Shown here one piece after another: positions 1 to 8,135 of a stretch of 64,000 bases of DNA. The stretch lies in IMG/VR virus record IMGVR_UViG_2822571654_000002; one strand, given 5' to 3'. The translations under genes and the position numbers were made by a program. The notes under the pieces were generated by a model, which worked only from the letters and a program-made list of their open reading frames with translations, made no database searches and was not told where the DNA came from. The first letter of the stretch is position 1. Each line of letters begins with the position of its first letter. This DNA is from a virus.

Positions 1-852
1 ATATGAAGCCTTAGCTAATTCATCCGATTTGCTTAAATCTTCCTCAATAACTCTATCTAAATGTGGATCTATATATTTAATGAATTTTTTTGGTGTTATA
101 TGTAGAAATGATTTCCCACCAGTTTCGGAATGAAATTCAGCCAATAAAAGTTGATCCATCCCTAACTCTTGACCATTATTATTTTTATATATCCAGTCTT
201 TTTTCTGGTCATTACTTACAAAAATAATATGTTCTTGTAATTGAATAATTTCATGCCATATTATATAATCGCCAGTTGGGTCTCCTTTATTCTCATTGGT
301 TCCTGGTTTTATACCAAGAGATATCCTTCTTACTCCCTCTTTTCTCAGGGATTCTTTATCTGTAGAATATGGTAAAAAGGAATTTTGACAAAGAGATTTT
401 ATAAAATCAAAATACTCATCCTTTTTTATTAAATTTTCTATTTTCTCTTTTACTTTCTTCAAGCTTTTTTTATATTCAGTTATCGCTTGAGATAGATTTT
501 CTCTTTTTTTCTGTGCATCATTTATTTCTGAAGATTCCTCCGCAGCAGGCATGAAATCTCTAATTTTTGGTTTAGGGTCGTTAAATCTTTTCATTTCATC
601 ATTTACTGATGTAAGTTGCTCAAATAGAACCTTTTGCCTATTTTTTGAAAACTCATAAAGAACCTGTTCTGGGATTTTAAGTCTTTCTTTTTCGCTTAAT
701 TCTTTTAATACTTTTTTCACCTTATCAGTTGTAACTTCTCTCCATTGGTAAGCTAACAATAAAAAATTAGCATCTGGTACAACTATGGCATTACCTTTAT
801 ACAGAGTGTCTAATTCTGTAGGGTAAATAAAATACTGATTGTATCCTTCCAA
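1..852 (-). CDS. PIN-like domain protein (PIN_8/DUF4935-type), 3' end runs off the window
   Basis: Not in ORF track (no stop in window). TTG start at 852 after GGAGTG; translates MEGYNQYFIYPTELDTLYKGNAIVVPDANFLLLAY...GDYIIWHEII...IIFVSNDQKKDW, with acidic PIN-type motifs. Confidence 0.7.
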   Translation of the reverse strand, partial: MEGYNQYFIYPTELDTLYKGNAIVVPDANFLLLAYQWREVTTDKVKKVLKELSEKERLKIPEQVLYEFSKNRQKVLFEQLTSVNDEMKRFNDPKPKIRDFMPAAEESSEINDAQKKRENLSQAITEYKKSLKKVKEKIENLIKKDEYFDFIKSLCQNSFLPYSTDKESLRKEGVRRISLGIKPGTNENKGDPTGDYIIWHEIIQLQEHIIFVSNDQKKDWIYKNNNGQELGMDQLLLAEFHSETGGKSFLHITPKKFIKYIDPHLDRVIEEDLSKSDELAKASY

Positions 853-964
853 ATCTATCACTCCTATTAAATTTTAATTATATTATAAACCAATAATGAG
901 ATTTTAGTAGTTATAAATATTAAACTTGTTATTAGCAATAATAATCAAATTTGAATATTACACA

Positions 965-998
965 ATATAAAATCCCTATATTTATAGGGATTTTATAT
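965..998. terminator. Perfect 15-bp-arm palindrome, likely terminator
   Basis: ATATAAAATCCCTAT-attt-ATAGGGATTTTATAT between the relaxase-like gene and the PIN gene. Confidence 0.5.
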
Positions 999-1196
999 CG
1001 CTTTATCAATTTCAACAAACAACCTCATAAATAACGGAATCATTTGAACTACTATATAACCAATCCCTGCTCTTGAAATAAGAGAGAATCCTCGCTACCT
1101 ACTAATGAATAAACCATCGCATAACGCTACAACGGACGTAATTGAACTGATGAATAATAAATTCCTGCAAAGAAAAAATCCCCCGTTTAGAGACCC

Positions 1197-1808
1197 TTAT
1201 TCTACTTTTACAACAAGACTATCCATGAAATTGCTAATTGAAGAAGCTTGAAAGATACGTAAATTAGGCAAATTAACATCATACTGCTTATCAGTAATAA
1301 TGAGGATTGATGGGAAGAATTTAGATCCTTTCGGCTGCCATGATTCGTTATGCCATTCCTGACTGTGGAAATATAACTCATACCTGTTTATCTTATCTTG
1401 CATAACCTTTTTGCTGTAAACAGACTTCTGGACCTCAATGAAGAATGGAGATCTGCGCCATATTGTAAATGCATCGGGTTCCATGAATTCTTTACCGTAC
1501 TTTGGCTCCACTTTAAATAGTTTCGGTTTTTCATAATGTATAAGCTGCTTATATACGTCTACAATACCGAGGAAGTGAGGAATCTTTTGGCTAGTTTTTC
1601 GAAGTGTACTAGGTTGAGGGAAATATATAAATGGTTGCTGCGAGATATTGGCATCCACATGACCATCTCTCCTTAATCGTTTCATGACTGTATTACAGCA
1701 AGTAACCGCGTTTTTTACCCCTTGAAAATGCAAATCAATAATATCATCCCTAGACATGCACCTAAAACGCTTCAAATTGTTTAGTATTGCTTTGTCTCTA
1801 TTCTTCAT
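1197..1808 (-). CDS. Replication-relaxation (Replic_Relax, MOBC-like PD-(D/E)xK) protein
   Basis: N-terminal wHTH-like region, then PDAF...FFIEVQKS...KINRY motif; overlaps the FtsK gene stop. Confidence 0.8.
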   Translation of the reverse strand: MKNRDKAILNNLKRFRCMSRDDIIDLHFQGVKNAVTCCNTVMKRLRRDGHVDANISQQPFIYFPQPSTLRKTSQKIPHFLGIVDVYKQLIHYEKPKLFKVEPKYGKEFMEPDAFTIWRRSPFFIEVQKSVYSKKVMQDKINRYELYFHSQEWHNESWQPKGSKFFPSILIITDKQYDVNLPNLRIFQASSISNFMDSLVVKVE

Positions 1809-2964
1809 AATCTAACACCCCGAATAATTTAATTTCTTCTTGTGAAGGATTCTGAAGCGCTATATCTTCTTTAGGAACGCGATAAGGTTCAATAATTTGT
1901 TTTGCTTTGCTTAATTCTAAATAAGGAGCTTGCACTTTCTTCAATCCGTTTAACTTCAGAATCATTTGGCCTAATTGCTCCAAGTGTTCTGATCCAGGTG
2001 TACCCATGATGTTACTATTAATCGTACTATCACATTTAAAACCCATTCTAACAGTCATATTCAGCTTTAGCTTACCATCTAATACTTTTGCATCAGGACG
2101 TTGCATACTGAGCATAAGAAAGACGCCTAATGCCCTACCGACTGCCGATATCTTTTCAATTGCGGACATACATTCTTTTTCATCCTGAAGCATTGCCACT
2201 TCATCAATCGCCAGCAAAATATATGGTTTCTGATTATTGGGATTTATTTTGTTGTATTCATCGATGTGATCCACTTCATACTCTTCCATCAGTTTTCTAC
2301 GTTCGCGTATTTCCTGCCACACTTTCTGCAACATGATCTTCATTTCGATTTCTTCCATACAAACCTCTTTTACGTGTTTCACCCTTCTCAAGAAATGAAA
2401 TTCGGAGTTTTTTAAGTCGCCCAGGTACAAATGCAATTTATCAGGGGACATGTATTGAATGAGTGTGGACAGAACAACACGTACCATACTACTTTTACCG
2501 CTTCCCGTTTCTCCAGCTATGAGTAAATGTGGTGTATTTGAATCAACCATATCATACGTAATCATCTTTCCGAATTGGTCACGTCCTACCATAACAGGGA
2601 GGCGATGTTGCTTTAGTAACGACTGCCACTTCTTATAACTGTAATTATATGTTTGTAGCCCTGCATCCAAACGGAATACATTGAGCACAAACCGTTTAAT
2701 ATCACCTTCAATTGCTACATTTCTTCCTAATATTTGTTGAAAGCAAAACCATTTCTTTTCAATAGTCTTTGGATCTAAACCATTCGGAATAGTAAATACA
2801 TATCGAACATTTTCTTGTGTGGAAGAAACAGAATGTATTTTGGGATAAATCGGCACTTTCCCACCACGTGTTTGATGGTCCACATATAAACCAGCTTTTC
2901 TAAATACCTCTATAAGTCGATTCTTTAAACTTTGTTTATGAAACCATTCTTTGATGAATTCCAT
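1798..2964 (-). CDS. FtsK/SpoIIIE-family ATPase
   Basis: HLLIAGETGSGKS Walker A, LAIDEVA Walker B, GRALGVFLMLSMQRPDA motif. Confidence 0.92.
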   Translation of the reverse strand: MEFIKEWFHKQSLKNRLIEVFRKAGLYVDHQTRGGKVPIYPKIHSVSSTQENVRYVFTIPNGLDPKTIEKKWFCFQQILGRNVAIEGDIKRFVLNVFRLDAGLQTYNYSYKKWQSLLKQHRLPVMVGRDQFGKMITYDMVDSNTPHLLIAGETGSGKSSMVRVVLSTLIQYMSPDKLHLYLGDLKNSEFHFLRRVKHVKEVCMEEIEMKIMLQKVWQEIRERRKLMEEYEVDHIDEYNKINPNNQKPYILLAIDEVAMLQDEKECMSAIEKISAVGRALGVFLMLSMQRPDAKVLDGKLKLNMTVRMGFKCDSTINSNIMGTPGSEHLEQLGQMILKLNGLKKVQAPYLELSKAKQIIEPYRVPKEDIALQNPSQEEIKLFGVLDYEE

Positions 2965-2974
2965 GTGATACCTC

Positions 2975-3169
2975 CTAAAACATGATTAAGATTTTGATAA
3001 ATACATATCCAATGAAACAAACTCCACCTATCCTCATTCCATGATACATTCCGTCGCTTAATAGCTTAGCTGCCACAACGTGATCGTTTTTAACAAGATG
3101 CTTTTCTAATATTACCCCTCCAATTGTTGTTACTCCCAAAGCTCCTAAAGAAATAAATGTTGTTAACAA
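2975..3169 (-). CDS. Small membrane protein, first gene of the FtsK/relaxase operon
   Basis: GGGGAG then TTG at 3169; two hydrophobic segments. Track start is 3208. Confidence 0.65.
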   Translation of the reverse strand: MLTTFISLGALGVTTIGGVILEKHLVKNDHVVAAKLLSDGMYHGMRIGGVCFIGYVFIKILIMF

Positions 3170-3235
3170 ATAAATCTCCCCTTTATAAACAGATTTTGAA
3201 ATACCCATATTACAAGGGTTTATCGCCCCAATACC

Positions 3236-3375
3236 TTGATAGTGTTGCTTTGATAACTAACTTGATAACTACTTTGATAGTACAAATACTAGTTACCTTG
3301 ATAGCGATTAGGCTATTTACTTTGGTAGCTACTTTGGTAATAAGTTCGATAGTTACTTTGGTAGCAACCTTGATA
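3236..3375. repeat. 12-bp-period tandem array (core TTGATA/TTGGTA)
   Basis: Cores at 3250, 3262, 3274, 3298, 3322, 3334, 3346 (TCGATA), 3358, 3370, all multiples of 12 apart; an extra core at 3236. Confidence 0.85.
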
Positions 3376-3472
3376 CATCATATTGTGGGTGGCTTGGACA
3401 ATATTCACCATTTTTAGGGGTTTATTTTTAGTGAAACTAGGACATTACTGAAGACAATAGATAACTAAAGGA

Positions 3473-3706
3473 GTGAATGTTGTGTGGGGACTCGGAAAAA
3501 AACGCACAAAGTTTGGGAAGTATTTAGATAAACATGGAATAGAACAAGAATGGTTGATAAGGAAATCAGGTCTTGGAAGGAATACGGTAGGAGATTTGGC
3601 GAACAATCCTGACAGATCACCCACACGGAAAACCATGCAAAAGATACTAAAGGTTCTCCGTGAATTAGATCCAAGGATTAAAGCTGATGATTTTTGGGAT
3701 ATGTAA
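3473..3706 (+). CDS. XRE/Cro-like HTH protein
   Basis: IEQEWLIRKSGLGRNTVGDLANNPDRSPT HTH pattern; GGAG SD, GTG start. Confidence 0.8.
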   Translation: MNVVWGLGKKRTKFGKYLDKHGIEQEWLIRKSGLGRNTVGDLANNPDRSPTRKTMQKILKVLRELDPRIKADDFWDM

Positions 3707-3738
3707 AACAATATTGCAATTTAACAAAAAGGAGCTGT

Positions 3739-3978
3739 ATGGATATGGAAAGAAAGTCTGTTGAATATTTAATAGAAATAATGAATGAACGCATTCAATT
3801 CTTAACAGATAGCATTAATGATTTTGAAAAGGAAATAAAAGCTGCTGATGGTTACGCAAAAGGGCATTTTAAAGGATATAATGCAGCCCGCCGTAGCGAA
3901 ATTGAATTTATTCAACGACGAATAGAATTTTTAAATAGGATATTAGAGGATAACAGCAGCTCAGAAAAAGTAGTTTAA
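3739..3978 (+). CDS. Hypothetical coiled-coil protein
   Basis: AAGGAG SD before ATG at 3739; helical ORF. Confidence 0.65.
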   Translation: MDMERKSVEYLIEIMNERIQFLTDSINDFEKEIKAADGYAKGHFKGYNAARRSEIEFIQRRIEFLNRILEDNSSSEKVV

Positions 3979-3980
3979 AA

Positions 3981-4017
3981 AGAACATACATTCGTATATA
4001 ATAAGAACTAACGTTCT
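3981..4017 (+). promoter_or_regulatory. Two LexA (SOS/Cheo) boxes
   Basis: AGAACATACATTCG (3981-3994, one mismatch) and AGAACTAACGTTCT (4004-4017, perfect GAAC-N4-GTTC) just upstream of the Y-family polymerase. Confidence 0.85.
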
Positions 4018-4037
4018 GTTATTTAGGGGGATTTACG

Positions 4038-5303
4038 GTGTATGACTATTCAATATTGCCAAATCGAATTATTTTATGTGTAGATCTTCGTAGCTTTTAT
4101 GCTTCAGTCAGTTGCATCAAAATGGGATTAGATCCACTTTACACAAAGTTAGCTGTAGTTGGTGATGTGAATAGGAGTGGTTCGATTGTTTTGGCTGCAA
4201 CTCCACCATTAAAAGCGTTAGGTGTCAAGAAAATGGCGAGGTTGTACGAAATACCTCGTCGTAAAGACATTCTTGTAGTAAATCCAATTATGAGCACTTA
4301 CATAAAATGTTCTAATTTCATCACAAAACTAGCTCTGCAATATGTTCCTGTTGAGGATTTCCACCAATATTCCATCGATGAGTTCTTCATGGATATAACG
4401 GATAGTATTCATCTATTTGCTAACGATCCGTATGAATTCGCATTGAAATTCAAACGTGAAATCTATGCGAAGACACGAATCGAATGCACGATAGGAATTG
4501 GGCCTAATCCTTTAATGAGCAAAGTAGCACTAGATGTTGAAGCGAAGAAAACGAAAGATTGCATAGCATACTGGAAGTACGAAGATGTACCCATAAAATT
4601 ATGGCCAATACGACCACTTAGTAAGTTTTGGGGAATTTCAGGGAAAACAGAAGCGAAGTTAAACCTGAAAGGAATACATTCAATTGGGGACTTGGCACAG
4701 TACCCAATTAAATACTTAAAACAAAGCTTTGGCGTTATTGGCGAAGAATTACACTTACATAGCAACGGCATTGATATTAGCCGCATATCAGAAAAATACG
4801 TTCCAGCAACAACTTCTATTGGTAAAAGTCAAATACTTATGCGTGATTACACCATAGAGGAATTCCCGATTATTCTACTGGAACATATCGAGGAAGTTTG
4901 TTATCGAATGCGAAGACAAAACAAACTAGCTCAAACTATTCATTTTTCTATTGGTTACAGTAAAAATTACGCTGGTGGTTTCAGGAAAACTCACACTATG
5001 AACCGACCAACCAATTTAACAATGGATATATATAAGATTTGTACATATTTTTTACACGAGTTTTATACTGGAGAATCCATTAGAACTATCAATGTTTCTT
5101 TAACTAACTTAATCAATGAAGGCGAAGAACAAATCTCACTATTCGATAATGTAATACAACGAGAAAAAGAAATGAAACTAACTAAAGTAATGGACGAAAT
5201 ACGCATTAAATTTGGAAAGAAAAGCATATTACGAGGAATTTCGTATACAAATAGTGCGACAGCAAGATACAGAAACACATTGTTAGGGGGACATAAAGCA
5301 TGA
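4038..5303 (+). CDS. uvrX: Y-family (ImpB/MucB/SamB, UvrX-like) translesion DNA polymerase
   Basis: CVDLRSFYASV and YSIDEFFMD catalytic motifs; IMS C-terminal domain. Confidence 0.93.
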   Translation: MYDYSILPNRIILCVDLRSFYASVSCIKMGLDPLYTKLAVVGDVNRSGSIVLAATPPLKALGVKKMARLYEIPRRKDILVVNPIMSTYIKCSNFITKLALQYVPVEDFHQYSIDEFFMDITDSIHLFANDPYEFALKFKREIYAKTRIECTIGIGPNPLMSKVALDVEAKKTKDCIAYWKYEDVPIKLWPIRPLSKFWGISGKTEAKLNLKGIHSIGDLAQYPIKYLKQSFGVIGEELHLHSNGIDISRISEKYVPATTSIGKSQILMRDYTIEEFPIILLEHIEEVCYRMRRQNKLAQTIHFSIGYSKNYAGGFRKTHTMNRPTNLTMDIYKICTYFLHEFYTGESIRTINVSLTNLINEGEEQISLFDNVIQREKEMKLTKVMDEIRIKFGKKSILRGISYTNSATARYRNTLLGGHKA

Positions 5304-5641
5304 ACAACGCTAATATGCCAAAAGGAAGAGGAATGGTTAAATGGACTCCGTTTGCTGCGATGCCGGAGCAATTCGCTGGTATCCGTGAAATCATTAAAGA
5401 AAAGACGAAAGTAGAACGACCTACGTTAACACAGGAAGAACAAGAACTTATTGAGAACATGTTGTTATGTTCGTTACTTTCTGAAGAAGAAATAATGATT
5501 ACATATTACGAAGGTGGTTTTTTTCTTACTAACTATATGACTGTCGTGGATATTGATCCGCTGAATAAATCTATAATTTGTACAGATGCATTTTACAATA
5601 ATATAACGTTGAAATTTCTTGACATTATTGATGCAAAATAA
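5300..5641 (+). CDS. yolD: YolD-like protein
   Basis: RGMVKWTPFAAMPEQ signature; ATGA overlap with uvrX. Confidence 0.9.
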   Translation: MNNANMPKGRGMVKWTPFAAMPEQFAGIREIIKEKTKVERPTLTQEEQELIENMLLCSLLSEEEIMITYYEGGFFLTNYMTVVDIDPLNKSIICTDAFYNNITLKFLDIIDAK

Positions 5642-5843
5642 GCCGTCTAACAGGACGGCTAGGACGGCTCTTATTTTTGTTCATAAAACTATTCTTTTGC
5701 GAGAAATAAAATCATATATAATTCCACTTTCTTGTTAAGTTCACAAATTATTACTAAAAGAATACCATGAATTCCGTTACATCTATTTACTTTATAATTT
5801 TAATATATTAATATAACGTAAGCAATAAGCGCATAGGGAAGGA

Positions 5844-6344
5844 ATGGAAAAGATGTTAAAAAAACTTAAAAAGGTTATGGTTGTTGCAATTGCTGCTATT
5901 ACGTTATCTACAGGGTTCGCAACAATCGCACCGAAAGAAGCTTCAGCACATTGGGCTGATCAGGAAATTGATTGGGCTTTCAGAAAAGGAATTATGCGAA
6001 ATGATTACCGAAATAGTCCTGCACTTCGACAAGATGTTTGGATGATGGTTTCTCGCTTCAATGGGCATTGGGTTAAAAATTACGACGAAGCACGTCAGTA
6101 TATGATGAGTAGAGGGTATTCTGACGGAACTCGTGGGGATAGCTATATTACTCGTAATGAAATGATAGCTACGCTCTATGCAGTACGTTTTAACACCAAA
6201 GCATGGACACCTAATACTGGATTCAGTAACTCGATTGCATGGGGAACAGATAAGGGTCTTTATGACGGTAGTCGCGGAAACGATGTAGCAACAAGAGCTG
6301 AAGCTGCTACTATGTTGTACCGTTACAACAAAAAATTCAGATAA
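5844..6344 (+). CDS. Secreted protein consisting of SLH-like repeats only (moron)
   Basis: Signal peptide ending EASA, then HWADQEIDWA..., ITRNEM and ATRAEAATMLYRY SLH-type motifs; no passenger domain. Confidence 0.75.
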   Translation: MEKMLKKLKKVMVVAIAAITLSTGFATIAPKEASAHWADQEIDWAFRKGIMRNDYRNSPALRQDVWMMVSRFNGHWVKNYDEARQYMMSRGYSDGTRGDSYITRNEMIATLYAVRFNTKAWTPNTGFSNSIAWGTDKGLYDGSRGNDVATRAEAATMLYRYNKKFR

Positions 6345-6377
6345 AAAAAGAGTGCTCACATTATGAGCACTTTTTTT
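6343..6377. terminator. Bidirectional intrinsic terminator
   Basis: A7-GAGTGCTCA-catta-TGAGCAC-T7 between convergent SLH and lysin genes. Confidence 0.85.
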
Positions 6378-6421
6378 ATTTCACAAATACGTAAGGTTTA
6401 TTTGCTGTTACATAGTATGTT

Positions 6422-7174
6422 TTACTTAACTGTATATACCCAGCCTTTGCGATCAAGATAGTCAGTGAATGCTTTTAATTGAGCGTCGCTAGTTGGATCA
6501 GTTACAGGATAAATGTACCCATCACTTTTAAGGTTTAAATTACCCGTCATGTGAACTGAATTTAAAGCTCCTACTATATCAGCTAAATTTTCTCTACCGA
6601 TTCCTCCTACCTCTACAGCATTACGTTTTTGATTAGGTTGTGGAGTTGATTGACTACTTCCAACAGTTTGTCCAGTCAATGCGTATACGATGGAATTAGC
6701 AATCTTATCTACATCCCATTTAGCCATATCGAAATCATTATCGATGAATCCAAGTTCGATTAGGATTGCTGGTGATTTAGTGCTATTTAACACATAAAGG
6801 TCAGTACGTTGTTTCGCTCCACGATTAGACCACCCAATATCTTTAGAGAGTTGAGCTGATACTTTTGCCGCTAAAGCTTGTTGGTCATAATAACAAACTT
6901 CCACACCGTTTGCAGATCCGTTATAAGCGTTTAAGTGGAATGAAATTACAAGGTCCACATTATGAGAATTACAGTTACGAACGATGTTATTTAAGTTTTG
7001 TGCTTGCGTTCTTCCTGCCTCATCGGTGTCATCGTAAACTGTATGACCTAGCGAACGCAACTTAGATGCAACTGCATCCTTTACCTGACGATCCATAATA
7101 TGTTCTTTTCGATTTCCCCAGTTAGCACCTTGCACAAATTCTGTGTGACCACCATGTAAACTATATTTACCCAT
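6422..7174 (-). CDS. Endolysin, N-acetylmuramoyl-L-alanine amidase (Amidase_3) with C-terminal cell-wall-binding domain
   Basis: SLHGGH, ISFHLNA and LIELGFIDN zinc-amidase motifs; lysis-module position. Confidence 0.93.
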   Translation of the reverse strand: MGKYSLHGGHTEFVQGANWGNRKEHIMDRQVKDAVASKLRSLGHTVYDDTDEAGRTQAQNLNNIVRNCNSHNVDLVISFHLNAYNGSANGVEVCYYDQQALAAKVSAQLSKDIGWSNRGAKQRTDLYVLNSTKSPAILIELGFIDNDFDMAKWDVDKIANSIVYALTGQTVGSSQSTPQPNQKRNAVEVGGIGRENLADIVGALNSVHMTGNLNLKSDGYIYPVTDPTSDAQLKAFTDYLDRKGWVYTVK

Positions 7175-7190
7175 TATTCAACATCTCCTC

Positions 7191-7421
7191 TTAGTGTAAG
7201 TTGTTTTTTTCTAATACATCTTTTTGTTGTACCCCTTTGTTGCTCAAATAGTTGTTCTTCCAAGCCATATACAGGGTAAATGCTCCTGTAATTACGGCTA
7301 CTAAATCGTTTGTGATCTTGTCATCAATCGTTTGGTATCCCACAAGATTTAAGACACTGTTAATCACAGCGATTACTAATACGACATAGCGACTAATTGA
7401 AGCTGCATCAAAATTTTTCAT
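7191..7421 (-). CDS. Holin (SPP1-type)
   Basis: Two TM segments, WKNNYLS motif; directly upstream of lysin. Confidence 0.88.
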   Translation of the reverse strand: MKNFDAASISRYVVLVIAVINSVLNLVGYQTIDDKITNDLVAVITGAFTLYMAWKNNYLSNKGVQQKDVLEKNNLH

Positions 7422-7464
7422 ACTATCATCTCCTTTCAAATAAAAAAAGTGACCGTATATACGA

Positions 7465-7704
7465 TCACTTTCCTGCGAATTTAAAAAGAGCCATTATCCC
7501 ACCAGTGATAATAGCCCCAACTACTGTAGTCCCAATCCAAAACACTAATTTATCTAATCTATCCACACGCATATGAGCGCTTTTGGCTGACTGTTGTGCT
7601 TCAATTGCTACTTCTTTAACATTGCCTAGTGTATCAAGCTTTGTTTCTACCCTAGTCAACCCTACAAGAAGTTCTTTCATATCATCATGTTTTAATTCAG
7701 CCAT
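7465..7704 (-). CDS. XhlA-like lysis protein
   Basis: Coiled coil plus C-terminal TM segment (FWIGTTVVGAIITGGIMALF) before the holin. Confidence 0.8.
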   Translation of the reverse strand: MAELKHDDMKELLVGLTRVETKLDTLGNVKEVAIEAQQSAKSAHMRVDRLDKLVFWIGTTVVGAIITGGIMALFKFAGK

Positions 7705-7767
7705 CTTTTCACTCCTTTTCTAAAAATAAAAAAGCTACATATTTGATTGTCCCTTTTTGGTTTACTC

Positions 7768-8130
7768 TTATTCATTTGGCGCTACCTTTTGTGCAGCTAG
7801 TTGTTCTTCAAGCAGTTTAAGTTTTGCTTCCATTTCTGCCTTTTCTCGTTCTAATTCTTCTTTTGTAGGTGCGAAATATACTCTCTTTACTTTCTCATTT
7901 ATTTCTAAATCCACCGCCTGTAACTCTGCAACTCTTTCATTCCAGACAACTTTATAATTTTGTATAGTATCCGCTATATAACGATCTACTTTGAAGAAAT
8001 GCATGTAATTTTGACCCGGTATGATACGTTGACCATGTTCTACTTGTGTAATATTTCCAAATTCATCTGAATCGCAGTAAATACATGTTTTATATCGTTC
8101 ATGCAGTTCATATTTTTCTTTAATTTCCAT
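7768..8130 (-). CDS. Small tail-associated protein
   Basis: Follows the tail spike gene; GGAGTG SD before ATG at 8130. Confidence 0.7.
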   Translation of the reverse strand: MEIKEKYELHERYKTCIYCDSDEFGNITQVEHGQRIIPGQNYMHFFKVDRYIADTIQNYKVVWNERVAELQAVDLEINEKVKRVYFAPTKEELEREKAEMEAKLKLLEEQLAAQKVAPNE

Positions 8131-8135
8131 TTTTA

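Noticed and set aside
3157-3417. 86-aa hydrophobic + strand ORF (TLIT/TLVA repeats)
   Set aside because: It is the translation of the 12-bp array, overlaps the real minus-strand gene and lacks a convincing SD.
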